From a virus, in IMG/VR virus record IMGVR_UViG_3300023181_000028, positions 16,012 through 80,011 of that record: a stretch of DNA of 64,000 nucleotides; one strand, 5' to 3'. The position numbers and the translations under genes were made by a program. Below the pieces are notes generated by a model. That model was given only the letters and a program-made list of their open reading frames with translations. It was not told where the DNA came from and ran no database searches. Numbering within the stretch: the first letter of the stretch is position 1; every line of letters starts with the position of its first letter. Of the stretch, positions 46,873 through 55,685 are shown piece by piece.

Positions 46873-49098
46873 CTAAACCAAATCAGTGTTATTTATAATG
46901 TCATTTTCAGTCTGTAAAGACGTTAAATGCATATCGTTATTTGCCTTGTTATTGTCCACTTGCATCTGAACCTGACCCTTTAATACAATCTCTTCTTTCG
47001 CAGAATTTTGAATATCCTCACGATTTTCATTGGCAATCTGAATCTGAGTTTGAAGGTTAGCTTCGTTCATTTGAGCCTGCGCTTGGTTATTAGCCTCGTT
47101 TTGTTGCTGAATAACTTTTTGCATCTCAACCCAGCTGTTCTCTAATTTATTCTTCATCTCCGCCACAGTGGTGGATAAAAGAACATTTAAAGCATCCATT
47201 GGTCTGATATCCTTAGCATTTAAAGAAAACTCCATCATTCTCTTAATGTCCTGCTTGATTTCCATATAATGTCCGCCATCTTCCACGTGAACACCATAAT
47301 CCCTATATCCAATATCTTTAGTTAATTGCAAGTATTTTAACTTACTAGCCCCTAAAATATGTTCTCCCTTCTCTAATTTGTAAAACGCCCAAGATATAGC
47401 AGAACTATCTACAATCCCCTTCATAACCCTTGTAACAAAGCCATTCATCCCATAAAACAGGGATTCGGTGATTATCCGCGAATTAGCAATGTCATTCTGA
47501 GCATTAGTAGCCGTTGAACTCGCGGCAGTATTACCCTCTCTACCCTCATTAATACCTGTGATCTGACTCAAAGTATTAATAATATCCTGCTTCATAGCAA
47601 GTAAAAACTGAAACGATTGACTTAAACCTAAATCAAGTTCCTTAAACATATTCTGAGGATCTAAGTTCCTTTGACTTGTATTTCCGGCAGCACTCGAATC
47701 ATATTCATAAAATTGATCGTTATGAATATTGTACATCACTTCCTTAACAGTTTTATTAATTGGCTGTCCCGCGCGATCATACGTAAACACCTTACCTTTT
47801 GCCCTTGCAAGCTCTTTTAATATTTGATACATACATATATCAAACATATTATCAAAGTTCTCTATAATCTCCTGTAATGACACTGTAATGCCATTAACCC
47901 TACCGTGTATATAACCATAATAAGAACTACTCATTATATGAGCGGGCTTGTCAACACTTCTCTTCTGGAAGTAAGTCCTACGCATATTTACATCCACACA
48001 TCCACCAATTCTCGTGGCTTCATACTCATCTTCCTTATACTTAGTTATAATCTCGTACTCTCCACTTTCAACCTTCTTATCGTGATACTCCCTATTAGAT
48101 TCATATTTTTCCGGAATCATAGGTAAATCAATGTAATCCACATCGTCCTCCGAATCAAACATGGCCTGATCCGCTGATTTCTTAACCCTCTTTGTATATT
48201 CCGGTGTAACAGATTTCCATTCAATGTGCAATACATCACACACTAACTCTCCGCCAACCATTCTCATATATCCCCTACCTATTCCATCCGGCCCCGCGTA
48301 AGAACCCCAATTATCTCTGGCGTTCTCCAACATTAACCTTTGGTCTTTAGTGAGGTTATATCTCAATAAAATCTGGTGTAAAGGCATCACCCTTCTACAT
48401 CCTAATATAGGACTCTCTTCTAAATAATCATCTCCGTCAACCGCCTCAAAAATAGCATTCCTTACATCTATATTATGCAACTTCACCTCTCCGGTTTCGT
48501 CGCGTTCCACTTGCATAAAACAATGGCTATGCAACTCTAAGTTCTTAAAAGCATCTCCAAACTTCTTTTTAGCATCTAAATCCAATACTTGGTTATTAGC
48601 AATGATTTGCATAATATCCTCACATTTATCTTTAGGAGCCATCTTATCCCATAAAGGATCTTCTAAACTATCAGGAATAGGAGCGCCTTCCATTACATCT
48701 ACACCACCCTTATTCTTTAAATCCATCAATTCGGGCTTGGCTATCATAGCCCCAATCATAAAGTCTAATTGCTGCATTTTTGCAGACATAGCTTCTGAAT
48801 TAATAGTGGTGACAGTGGAAGATAACGGACGTTTTAAAAACTCCCCATGCAATAGGTCAATCTTAGTTCTACCTAAGCGATATGCAATGTATTTAGAACG
48901 GTTTTGTTTACCATAAGTCTTCTCTAACCACGCAAGACTTCCCGGCTGTTTAACGCCGTTGTAAGAGTCTAATAAACGGGTCATTTTACCGCTATAGCTG
49001 TTATTGTTTATTAGAAGCTGCTCGGCAAAATCCAAATGGGATTTTAACCAGGCTTCATTCTTGTCTTTAAGCGGTAAAAGTTGACTAGGAAACTGCAT
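46873..49098 (-). CDS. portal protein
   Basis: FP.Q......K...W N-terminus; L.GE..KRP; EWKS; ITGI...REG; follows TerL. Confidence 0.9.
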   Translation of the reverse strand: MQFPSQLLPLKDKNEAWLKSHLDFAEQLLINNNSYSGKMTRLLDSYNGVKQPGSLAWLEKTYGKQNRSKYIAYRLGRTKIDLLHGEFLKRPLSSTVTTINSEAMSAKMQQLDFMIGAMIAKPELMDLKNKGGVDVMEGAPIPDSLEDPLWDKMAPKDKCEDIMQIIANNQVLDLDAKKKFGDAFKNLELHSHCFMQVERDETGEVKLHNIDVRNAIFEAVDGDDYLEESPILGCRRVMPLHQILLRYNLTKDQRLMLENARDNWGSYAGPDGIGRGYMRMVGGELVCDVLHIEWKSVTPEYTKRVKKSADQAMFDSEDDVDYIDLPMIPEKYESNREYHDKKVESGEYEIITKYKEDEYEATRIGGCVDVNMRRTYFQKRSVDKPAHIMSSSYYGYIHGRVNGITVSLQEIIENFDNMFDICMYQILKELARAKGKVFTYDRAGQPINKTVKEVMYNIHNDQFYEYDSSAAGNTSQRNLDPQNMFKELDLGLSQSFQFLLAMKQDIINTLSQITGINEGREGNTAASSTATNAQNDIANSRIITESLFYGMNGFVTRVMKGIVDSSAISWAFYKLEKGEHILGASKLKYLQLTKDIGYRDYGVHVEDGGHYMEIKQDIKRMMEFSLNAKDIRPMDALNVLLSTTVAEMKNKLENSWVEMQKVIQQQNEANNQAQAQMNEANLQTQIQIANENREDIQNSAKEEIVLKGQVQMQVDNNKANNDMHLTSLQTENDIINNTDLV

Positions 49099-49130
49099 AT
49101 TAAATAATAGACCGTGCTATAGTTGTTTCC

Positions 49131-49138
49131 CAAAAGTA
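49131..49138 (-). promoter_or_regulatory. sigma-A-type -7 element TACTTTTG for portal
   Basis: Matches TAnnTTTG. Confidence 0.6.
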
Positions 49139-49168
49139 GCGAAAATATACAATGGTTGTATCTAAAAT

Positions 49169-49240
49169 AAAAAAGACTGTTGCGCTAACAGTCTTTATAA
49201 GTATCCATGTTGTAAAAGTTTACACACTCTTATTTCGGTA
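49169..49240 (-). ncRNA. candidate small RNA C (promoter 49244-49251, terminator 49169-49196)
   Basis: ~70 nt between TATATTTG and AAAGACTGTT-loop-AACAGTCTTTTTT. Confidence 0.45.
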
Positions 49241-49261
49241 TTGCAAATATATGCAATTTAT

Positions 49262-51283
49262 TTAAAATCCAAACTTTCCGTGATCTTGCTCTTCATCTTC
49301 CAAATTAAAGTTCTCAGTACGCATCATCAACTCTCCGTTACTACCCATTACAAACTCCGGCAAATCAAATCTATTATCCTTATCCTCATTGTTCTGATCT
49401 CTCGGCCTTACATCACAGCTTATATCTTGCATTAAAGCCAATCCATAAGCATCCGCCAAGTCATTATCACTCCCTATCTCCACCTCATCAAAGTTACCTA
49501 ATTGATTAATTAATTCAGGGAACCAATTATTCTGAACATTATCCACGATATCCGCTTGCATTAAACCGGACATTCTTGGTCTACTAAAATTAGTTAACCT
49601 AACACCCTTCTCATGTGTCTGCTCACTTGTTTCGCTCTCGAACTTTCTAGGACGGTCTGCTAAGAACTTCCATCCGCCATGCTCCCTAAAATATTCCATT
49701 ATAACTCCGGCACCCACATCCACAAGAACATTTCCTATAAGATTGTAATATACAGAAGCCATTAGGCATAACTCATAAAACTTCTCTTTTCGTTTAGGTC
49801 TACATGAAATAACTGCAATAGGAGCCTGAGACATTGCATTGTTAATATGATTAGCCCTTATTCTAATACACATTGCCCCTAATGATTTAGAGGCTTTAGC
49901 GGTGTCCTGGTCATAAGAATCAAGGCCGCTCGTGTGCAAATTCTGATAGCCTTTACGCGGATGCTCACCATCTATAATCCAAATACATTCATCTTGGTTA
50001 TCAAATGGTTTTAAAGGGGTGCAAATAACAGCCAAAGGCATTTTAATCATACCCTTGTCATCTTTCACCCATTCCATCTTATACTTAGTCCATCTTGGAT
50101 GTTCTAAAGCGTCAATTATAGCCATTTGATTGTTTAACTTCTCTATATCAAAGTTGTTAACCACTGTCTTTCGGAAGATTTCAGTTTCATTTAAAGGGTT
50201 ATTCTGTAAGTCCTCGTTGTATTCCTTTAGGTTGCCAGCTTTTAAGAATGCTGCCCTTCTATCCACAATAGCCTTTTCCGCCAAAGCTAAATCTTCCACC
50301 CCTTGTAATTGGAATGGTTTATATTTTTTAAGTAAGTCAGATTGAGTAGGAAGCCTTCTATTTGCCTCAGTTGCATTGCCATAAAAATACATTCTAGGCG
50401 CGGGAATTAAGAATTTAATCATTCCATAACTAGGATCGCTTGCGTTAGACCACAGCTTCTTAAAATCCCTAGAACCCTTGTTGACGTTGCCCCCGGTGCC
50501 AAAAAATAGCCCCATTCCGACCTTTTGACTACCATTCATTAAACAGTCATTAGTGGCGGATTTAAACTCTAACAACTTCTCAAACTCTCCAATCTCCTCC
50601 GCGATAACATCATTCAAATAAAGACCCTTAAACATATTAGGGTTAATGTGCATTGTTCTGGCATATATAGTATTCTTAGTTCCCTGCTCTTCAAAAGCTC
50701 CTAATGAATTACGAATATTGTATCCAGCGATAATCTCATCATCGTTGTCCAACAACTTCTTAACAGAAAACTCAGGAGGCATACCGCTATCCGCAAATCT
50801 CCATTTAGAAAGAAAATCATCTACGTAAGTTTTATTACCCGCGGCAACCCCTCCCTTATAACCCGGAAAGAATCTCCATCCATAATCAATAACCATTGTA
50901 CTGGCAGCCTCAGAAATACCCTTTCTACGGCCTTTAGCGCATACTATATCCTTTCCGACACTCTTAGCATATTCAATCAAATAAGCAAGCTCTAAATGCA
51001 AATCTATCATGTCAGGGGTGATAACCCCCTTAATGGTAGACATTCTTTTATAATTAATATAGAAATAGAACCTTCCAGGTATAAATACTCCTCCTGTTTG
51101 ATATCCGTGTATACACCTTCTTAACTCCTCAGTCCAGTACTCTTCCCATGCAGGGGTTCCGATAACTCTTTTATCTCTTATAGAGTCAGCATATTTAGGA
51201 ATGCCATATTTAATTACAGGGGCAGGCTCAAATCCCTTTCCTTTAAAATACGGAGCGCGGAGAACTATAGGACTTGAACTCAT
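49262..51283 (-). CDS. terL: terminase large subunit
   Basis: K.RRKG.S Walker A-like, VIAEEIG Walker B, FGTGG, GLDSY and D..DA nuclease motifs. Confidence 0.92.
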   Translation of the reverse strand: MSSSPIVLRAPYFKGKGFEPAPVIKYGIPKYADSIRDKRVIGTPAWEEYWTEELRRCIHGYQTGGVFIPGRFYFYINYKRMSTIKGVITPDMIDLHLELAYLIEYAKSVGKDIVCAKGRRKGISEAASTMVIDYGWRFFPGYKGGVAAGNKTYVDDFLSKWRFADSGMPPEFSVKKLLDNDDEIIAGYNIRNSLGAFEEQGTKNTIYARTMHINPNMFKGLYLNDVIAEEIGEFEKLLEFKSATNDCLMNGSQKVGMGLFFGTGGNVNKGSRDFKKLWSNASDPSYGMIKFLIPAPRMYFYGNATEANRRLPTQSDLLKKYKPFQLQGVEDLALAEKAIVDRRAAFLKAGNLKEYNEDLQNNPLNETEIFRKTVVNNFDIEKLNNQMAIIDALEHPRWTKYKMEWVKDDKGMIKMPLAVICTPLKPFDNQDECIWIIDGEHPRKGYQNLHTSGLDSYDQDTAKASKSLGAMCIRIRANHINNAMSQAPIAVISCRPKRKEKFYELCLMASVYYNLIGNVLVDVGAGVIMEYFREHGGWKFLADRPRKFESETSEQTHEKGVRLTNFSRPRMSGLMQADIVDNVQNNWFPELINQLGNFDEVEIGSDNDLADAYGLALMQDISCDVRPRDQNNEDKDNRFDLPEFVMGSNGELMMRTENFNLEDEEQDHGKFGF

Positions 51284-51810
51284 TTATTCTTTAAAATATT
51301 ATCGTATTGTTTAGAGCTAGCCTGAATCTTCTCTAGCCACGAAAGAGTCATTTTACCCTTCACTACACCCTCATTTAACGTTTCCTCGTCGATTTCCTTC
51401 TCTAAAGCCGCAATACTCTGCCTCAATGAGGCAATAGCATCTGTGGTCTTTTTTACAGATGTAGGACTGTCGTCATTTTCAAGTAATTGTAAGAACTTGT
51501 CAATCTTTTGCTGATATTTCCGCGACACCTCAATCTTTGGATTGTATTGAAGCCTCATGTAATCATCAACGGCCTTAACTATCTTATTGCTTTCCCAAAA
51601 TTTAGGAATATTGTCATCAAAGGCATGATACATTGCCTTTCTCTTTCTCTCGTGATCGGGAAACTGTTTATAAATCGAATGATAATCGCAATGTAACACC
51701 ACCGCCAGCATCTCTTTCTCAGTTAAGGCTTCAAAGGAGATAACCATTTTCATCACCTCCGGTCTCAAGATCTGGTTATTGCGATGGTCAATTTCTATTA
51801 AGTAACTCAT
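51280..51810 (-). CDS. putative terminase small subunit
   Basis: DY.S.Y, helical, V.G C-terminal strand; coupled to terL. Confidence 0.5.
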   Translation of the reverse strand: MSYLIEIDHRNNQILRPEVMKMVISFEALTEKEMLAVVLHCDYHSIYKQFPDHERKRKAMYHAFDDNIPKFWESNKIVKAVDDYMRLQYNPKIEVSRKYQQKIDKFLQLLENDDSPTSVKKTTDAIASLRQSIAALEKEIDEETLNEGVVKGKMTLSWLEKIQASSKQYDNILKNK

Positions 51811-51986
51811 GTAGATTTTTTTATTATAGATTTCACTTCACGCCAAAACACCTTACCTAAAGTGTCTACCTGAGTCATTATAGTGTCAATAGCTATACAG
51901 CAACACCTCTGTACCTCCTCCGAATTTAAGTCATCAAACTCACTGTACTTATAATATAACTCATCTGCCTGTTCTTGTGGACTCAT
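51807..51986 (-). CDS. small phage protein (59 aa, not in ORF track)
   Basis: MSPQEQADEL...C..IAID.I...FW.EVK. Confidence 0.7.
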   Translation of the reverse strand: MSPQEQADELYYKYSEFDDLNSEEVQRCCCIAIDTIMTQVDTLGKVFWREVKSIIKKST

Positions 51987-52143
51987 AGTTCAATTTTTTA
52001 ATTTCTGTTTTTAAGGAATCAATCTTAAATATTAGATACACCTCCCTGTCATGATTCTTCTTCATTTCCTTGTACGCCACGCCTAGATACACTAAACAAA
52101 GTAAGCATATTCCCGCGATTATAGTTTCTCTAGCCCTGTCCAT
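51961..52143 (-). CDS. small TM + coiled-coil protein
   Basis: N-terminal hydrophobic helix. Confidence 0.6.
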   Translation of the reverse strand: MDRARETIIAGICLLCLVYLGVAYKEMKKNHDREVYLIFKIDSLKTEIKKLNYESTRTGR

Positions 52144-52931
52144 TAAAACGCCTCCAATTCCGGTAATTGCACCGGCTCTAATTCGTTAATAATCTTTTCT
52201 TTGAAGTAATCTAGTAAATCTTTAATATCCCTTTTTAAATAGGTCATAGGTATCACCTTGTTTGTATATTGTATTACCTTGCCCGTAACATCCTTTTTAG
52301 GGATAATCATATCTACAAACATCCTTTCACATTTTCTGCCGGTAAGCAACTCAAAATGATAAGCGTAATACGATAATTGTATATTGATTTTGGAATACTT
52401 CGTGTTTGGCAAATGGTCTAATGGATAATTAAGCCATGCCTGACCTTTAGACTCATAACTCATACCCTTATCAAAACATTTAAAGTCGCTGATATGAAAC
52501 TTACTATCCTTTCTATTGCTACATAACGCCAACTTATCTAAACTTCCAGCAGTTCTCGTAATAGTATTATACACTACCAATTGCTCATGACAGCTATGAT
52601 AGTCTTTATACTTACCTAAAACGTGTTCAACGATACCCTTTAAATCCCTATCAGATTCCAATATTTGACCCGTCTGAGCGTATAACTCAAGCGCGGCATC
52701 TATACGCGTACCTTCATCAGTTGCATTGCTCCATTGGCCTAAAACAGCCTCCTTTGATCTACCTTCTGACTTTGCCACCTGCCCGGCTATAAAATTAGCA
52801 TCGAATTTAGGTACGAGGAAGTTATAAAGTCGGCTGAACGACATATATTCCTTTCCTTCGTTATCGAAGTACTTGTGAACTTTCTCGTCCAGCCGAACTT
52901 TTTGGTCATATAAGTTATGAATCCTTGACAT
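52143..52931 (-). CDS. PD-(D/E)XK exonuclease
   Basis: HKY, GT.I, E..V, AGSLD, ISDFK, QLS.Y. Confidence 0.8.
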   Translation of the reverse strand: MSRIHNLYDQKVRLDEKVHKYFDNEGKEYMSFSRLYNFLVPKFDANFIAGQVAKSEGRSKEAVLGQWSNATDEGTRIDAALELYAQTGQILESDRDLKGIVEHVLGKYKDYHSCHEQLVVYNTITRTAGSLDKLALCSNRKDSKFHISDFKCFDKGMSYESKGQAWLNYPLDHLPNTKYSKINIQLSYYAYHFELLTGRKCERMFVDMIIPKKDVTGKVIQYTNKVIPMTYLKRDIKDLLDYFKEKIINELEPVQLPELEAF

Positions 52932-53671
52932 TAAAACGCTTCGTCTTCGTCTGTTATTACTGGAACTTCTGCTTTAACCTCTTTGGATTTCTTAGGCTTT
53001 TTAGTTTCAGATAGCGTTACTTCGCCACCATCCAACTCAAACTCCTCTTCAACTACAATAGAAAGATCTTCCGCCAATTCTGAATTGTGAATAATGATAC
53101 TACCGAACTTGTTTTCCAAAAGGCTTGTAGCGAAATCGCGTTGCTCATCAAGAGTTAATCCGTTAAATGTGTCCATTGTCATAGACTTCTCTTTTCCGGC
53201 CTCAATCCATCTTTGAGTTAATTCTTCGTCACTCACTTTTTTCTCACCCTCCAAATACAATTTGGTTTCAGTTAGGATATCCTTAGCGATAGCCACAACA
53301 TCTTCATAACCCTCATAATTGTCGATTTCCTCCACTTTAGGAGTGTTTAGCTTAATGTTCTTGTTCCCGAACACTTCTCTTTCTCCGTGCAATACAAAGC
53401 CCTCTGAATCAAATTCCAACCCTACAACCTGAGTCTCATAAAGCATGAATTTCATCTGATCTTCATCCTTTTGATTAGACATTTGACAAATATTCAATAA
53501 GTGAATACGAAGGTCTTTAAATAAATCTTCTAAGTCTTTATGGATTGGGTCTTTCGGCGACTTCACCATATCCGTGTTAGAAATTCTCTTTCCTTTTGTT
53601 TCAGGGAGGATGTAAACGACTTTTGCGCCATTAAACCCGTTGTTTTTTAGGGTGATCTTTTTTATATTCAT
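52931..53671 (-). CDS. conserved hypothetical protein
   Basis: IKKI.L, PIH.DL, LNTP, E...Y..G.K; acidic tail. Confidence 0.7.
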   Translation of the reverse strand: MNIKKITLKNNGFNGAKVVYILPETKGKRISNTDMVKSPKDPIHKDLEDLFKDLRIHLLNICQMSNQKDEDQMKFMLYETQVVGLEFDSEGFVLHGEREVFGNKNIKLNTPKVEEIDNYEGYEDVVAIAKDILTETKLYLEGEKKVSDEELTQRWIEAGKEKSMTMDTFNGLTLDEQRDFATSLLENKFGSIIIHNSELAEDLSIVVEEEFELDGGEVTLSETKKPKKSKEVKAEVPVITDEDEAF

Positions 53672-54006
53672 TTTTCGTTATTTACTTGTTTAATTCCAGT
53701 TGGTTGGTATAATCCGGTTTTAGTCATTCTAATAAATTCTTCCTCTATAACAGATTTGAATTTATCAATACCCTCTTCTCCCGTAATAATTATACATTTT
53801 TTCTCTTCCGCCTCAACTTGCCTAAACCAATCTCCCTCATCATCGTCTATTTCATCTGGATGATTAGCGTAATAATTTTTCATTCTTTCATTATCCATAC
53901 GCCATTTATCCAATTCTTCACCCTCCATGATAATACTATCATCAAATGGACTTGCCATGTAATTAAATGTCCGGCGTTGTTGATATTCATCGTTACTAGC
54001 ACTCAT
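53668..54006 (-). CDS. hypothetical protein with capsid-like motifs
   Basis: M..ER.K, GD.W..QV, ITG..G colinear with capsid residues 253-345. Confidence 0.6.
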   Translation of the reverse strand: MSASNDEYQQRRTFNYMASPFDDSIIMEGEELDKWRMDNERMKNYYANHPDEIDDDEGDWFRQVEAEEKKCIIITGEEGIDKFKSVIEEEFIRMTKTGLYQPTGIKQVNNEK

Positions 54007-54284
54007 GCCTTATTATTTAATTTATTATAAAAATCTTCGTTTATGAAGCCTTCCGACTTACCATCCTCAAAATTATACCACAAAACTTGACTTTCCCCAG
54101 ACCCACTTATTGTAAATGTTTTTCTCTGAATAGTCATGTGGTTAACCCATTTGTTTTTCGGCGGAGAAGGTAAACAGGTTTTTAATTCATCTTCTTTTGA
54201 AATTAAAAACTCCGGCACATTAGATTTAATCGCCGCGCCAACAAATAATACTCCTAAAGTTTTTAAGAAGCCTCCCCTATTCAT
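54003..54284 (-). CDS. capsid-fragment protein with Tat-like/hydrophobic N-terminus
   Basis: K.VNHMTIQRKT..I.G...S.VLWYN.E, 20/29 identical to capsid residues 201-229. Confidence 0.8.
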   Translation of the reverse strand: MNRGGFLKTLGVLFVGAAIKSNVPEFLISKEDELKTCLPSPPKNKWVNHMTIQRKTFTISGSGESQVLWYNFEDGKSEGFINEDFYNKLNNKA

Positions 54285-54547
54285 ACCTCAATATTTAATA
54301 TTTGATTATCTGTGACAAACTTAACCTTACTCCTGTAATCCTTAAATATCAATATGTAAGGCATTACTGTATCATTAGCAGTGATGAACATATAAACATG
54401 AAAAGGTCTATCCTCCGCCATATCATATCCCATACTCTCCGCGATTAAACAAGGATCTCTCTCCGTCATTGAATAAAGATCGTTAATAGCCATTTCAGTT
54501 GACCACCAGTCTATAATACCGTGTTTAGTGAACTCCTCTTTTAGCAT
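54281..54547 (-). CDS. hypothetical protein
   Basis: Likely start MLKEEF overlapping upstream stop. Confidence 0.6.
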   Translation of the reverse strand: MLKEEFTKHGIIDWWSTEMAINDLYSMTERDPCLIAESMGYDMAEDRPFHVYMFITANDTVMPYILIFKDYRSKVKFVTDNQILNIEV

Positions 54548-54639
54548 ATAGACTTTATTACCCAAATTAACACTCCAACTATTAATATCACCCAAGCGAA
54601 TGTATCCCAATCGGGATTCTCATTGTAACTGTAATCCAT
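54541..54639 (-). CDS. 32-aa single-TM peptide (not in ORF track)
   Basis: MDYSYNENPDWDTFAWVILIVGVLIWVIKSIC. Confidence 0.5.
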   Translation of the reverse strand: MDYSYNENPDWDTFAWVILIVGVLIWVIKSIC

Positions 54640-54652
54640 CAAATTTACTCCT

Positions 54653-55093
54653 TTATTTATTAATATTCAAATTAATTGTATTATTATGCAATTCCTTGTA
54701 GTCGTTAATATAACTCTCAACTGTCTCTTTATAACCCTTGCTATCCCGCATAGTCTGTTTTACCTTCTTACAATAGAATACCATAGATGAATGATCTCTT
54801 CCGCCGTAAAACTGCCCTATCTCTCCCAATGTGAATTGATACCCATAGATTGCCCGTGTCACATACACGCATATCTCCCTCACCCTTGCGTTATCCTGAT
54901 GCCTGGCCTTATCCCTTACATTCTCTAATCTAGCCCTCATCCGGTTACAAACATATTCTCCCACTGCCATAATGCATTCAGAAGCATCGGCTGTTAATTC
55001 CTGTTGAACCTTAGGTACTAAGTAATATTCTTCCTTGATCCGCGCCACTACATTCTCTGTAATAGCTTTTAATTGAACTTCTGTTAGTTTCAT
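54653..55093 (-). CDS. DnaA C-terminal (domain IV) HTH protein
   Basis: R.ICVY..R.....TL.EIG..YGGRDHSSM......V. Confidence 0.85.
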   Translation of the reverse strand: MKLTEVQLKAITENVVARIKEEYYLVPKVQQELTADASECIMAVGEYVCNRMRARLENVRDKARHQDNARVREICVYVTRAIYGYQFTLGEIGQFYGGRDHSSMVFYCKKVKQTMRDSKGYKETVESYINDYKELHNNTINLNINK

Positions 55094-55683
55094 GCTTGTC
55101 TAAAATTAAATCCGTGAAACTCATAACTCTGTTGCGGCGGAGCTTCATCAAACTTATAATGAACACTCATCAAACATTCCCCGCATTCCCTCAAGAATTT
55201 AATATTATCCTTAATCCCCTCTATCTCCCTCTCAATATTAACTACATTGTTCTTTACAACCTGCAACACAACTCCCGATTCCCCACTTAGCCTTTTAACG
55301 ACCTTATTAAGCTTATTTAATTGTTTCTGACACTCCAGTACCTTATTCTCATTATCGTCCACCATAAGGCCATTATATTCCCTAAACTCCTGTATTAAGT
55401 CCTTATAATCCACATCATTCTGCGCGATAATATTCATAAAGATCTGCTGAACATATTGACTAAACTTAAGATCAAAGCTTTCCATCTCCTCATCTCCCGT
55501 CCGGTCATATTTATCCCTTCTGACCTTATCCCGTAAAACCATATACGCGCGGTTAACCTCAATCATGTCCTCATGACTACCACCCTTATCTTCATGCTTT
55601 TCTTTAGCCATATCTTTATAAGCTTGTTTTATTTCCTGTTGCGTGGCGTTCTTATCCACACCTAGTATTTCGTATAATGTCAT
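55090..55683 (-). CDS. J-domain (DnaJ-like) protein, HPD replaced by HED
   Basis: LYEILGV...AT..EIK.AY...A...HEDK...VN.AY.VL.D...R..YD..G. Confidence 0.85.
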   Translation of the reverse strand: MTLYEILGVDKNATQQEIKQAYKDMAKEKHEDKGGSHEDMIEVNRAYMVLRDKVRRDKYDRTGDEEMESFDLKFSQYVQQIFMNIIAQNDVDYKDLIQEFREYNGLMVDDNENKVLECQKQLNKLNKVVKRLSGESGVVLQVVKNNVVNIEREIEGIKDNIKFLRECGECLMSVHYKFDEAPPQQSYEFHGFNFRQA

Positions 55684-55685
55684 AA

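Noticed and set aside
7864-51810. Stop-codon reassignment as in some crAss-like phages
   Set aside because: Core genes are full-length in the standard code, and TAA, TAG and TGA all end genes
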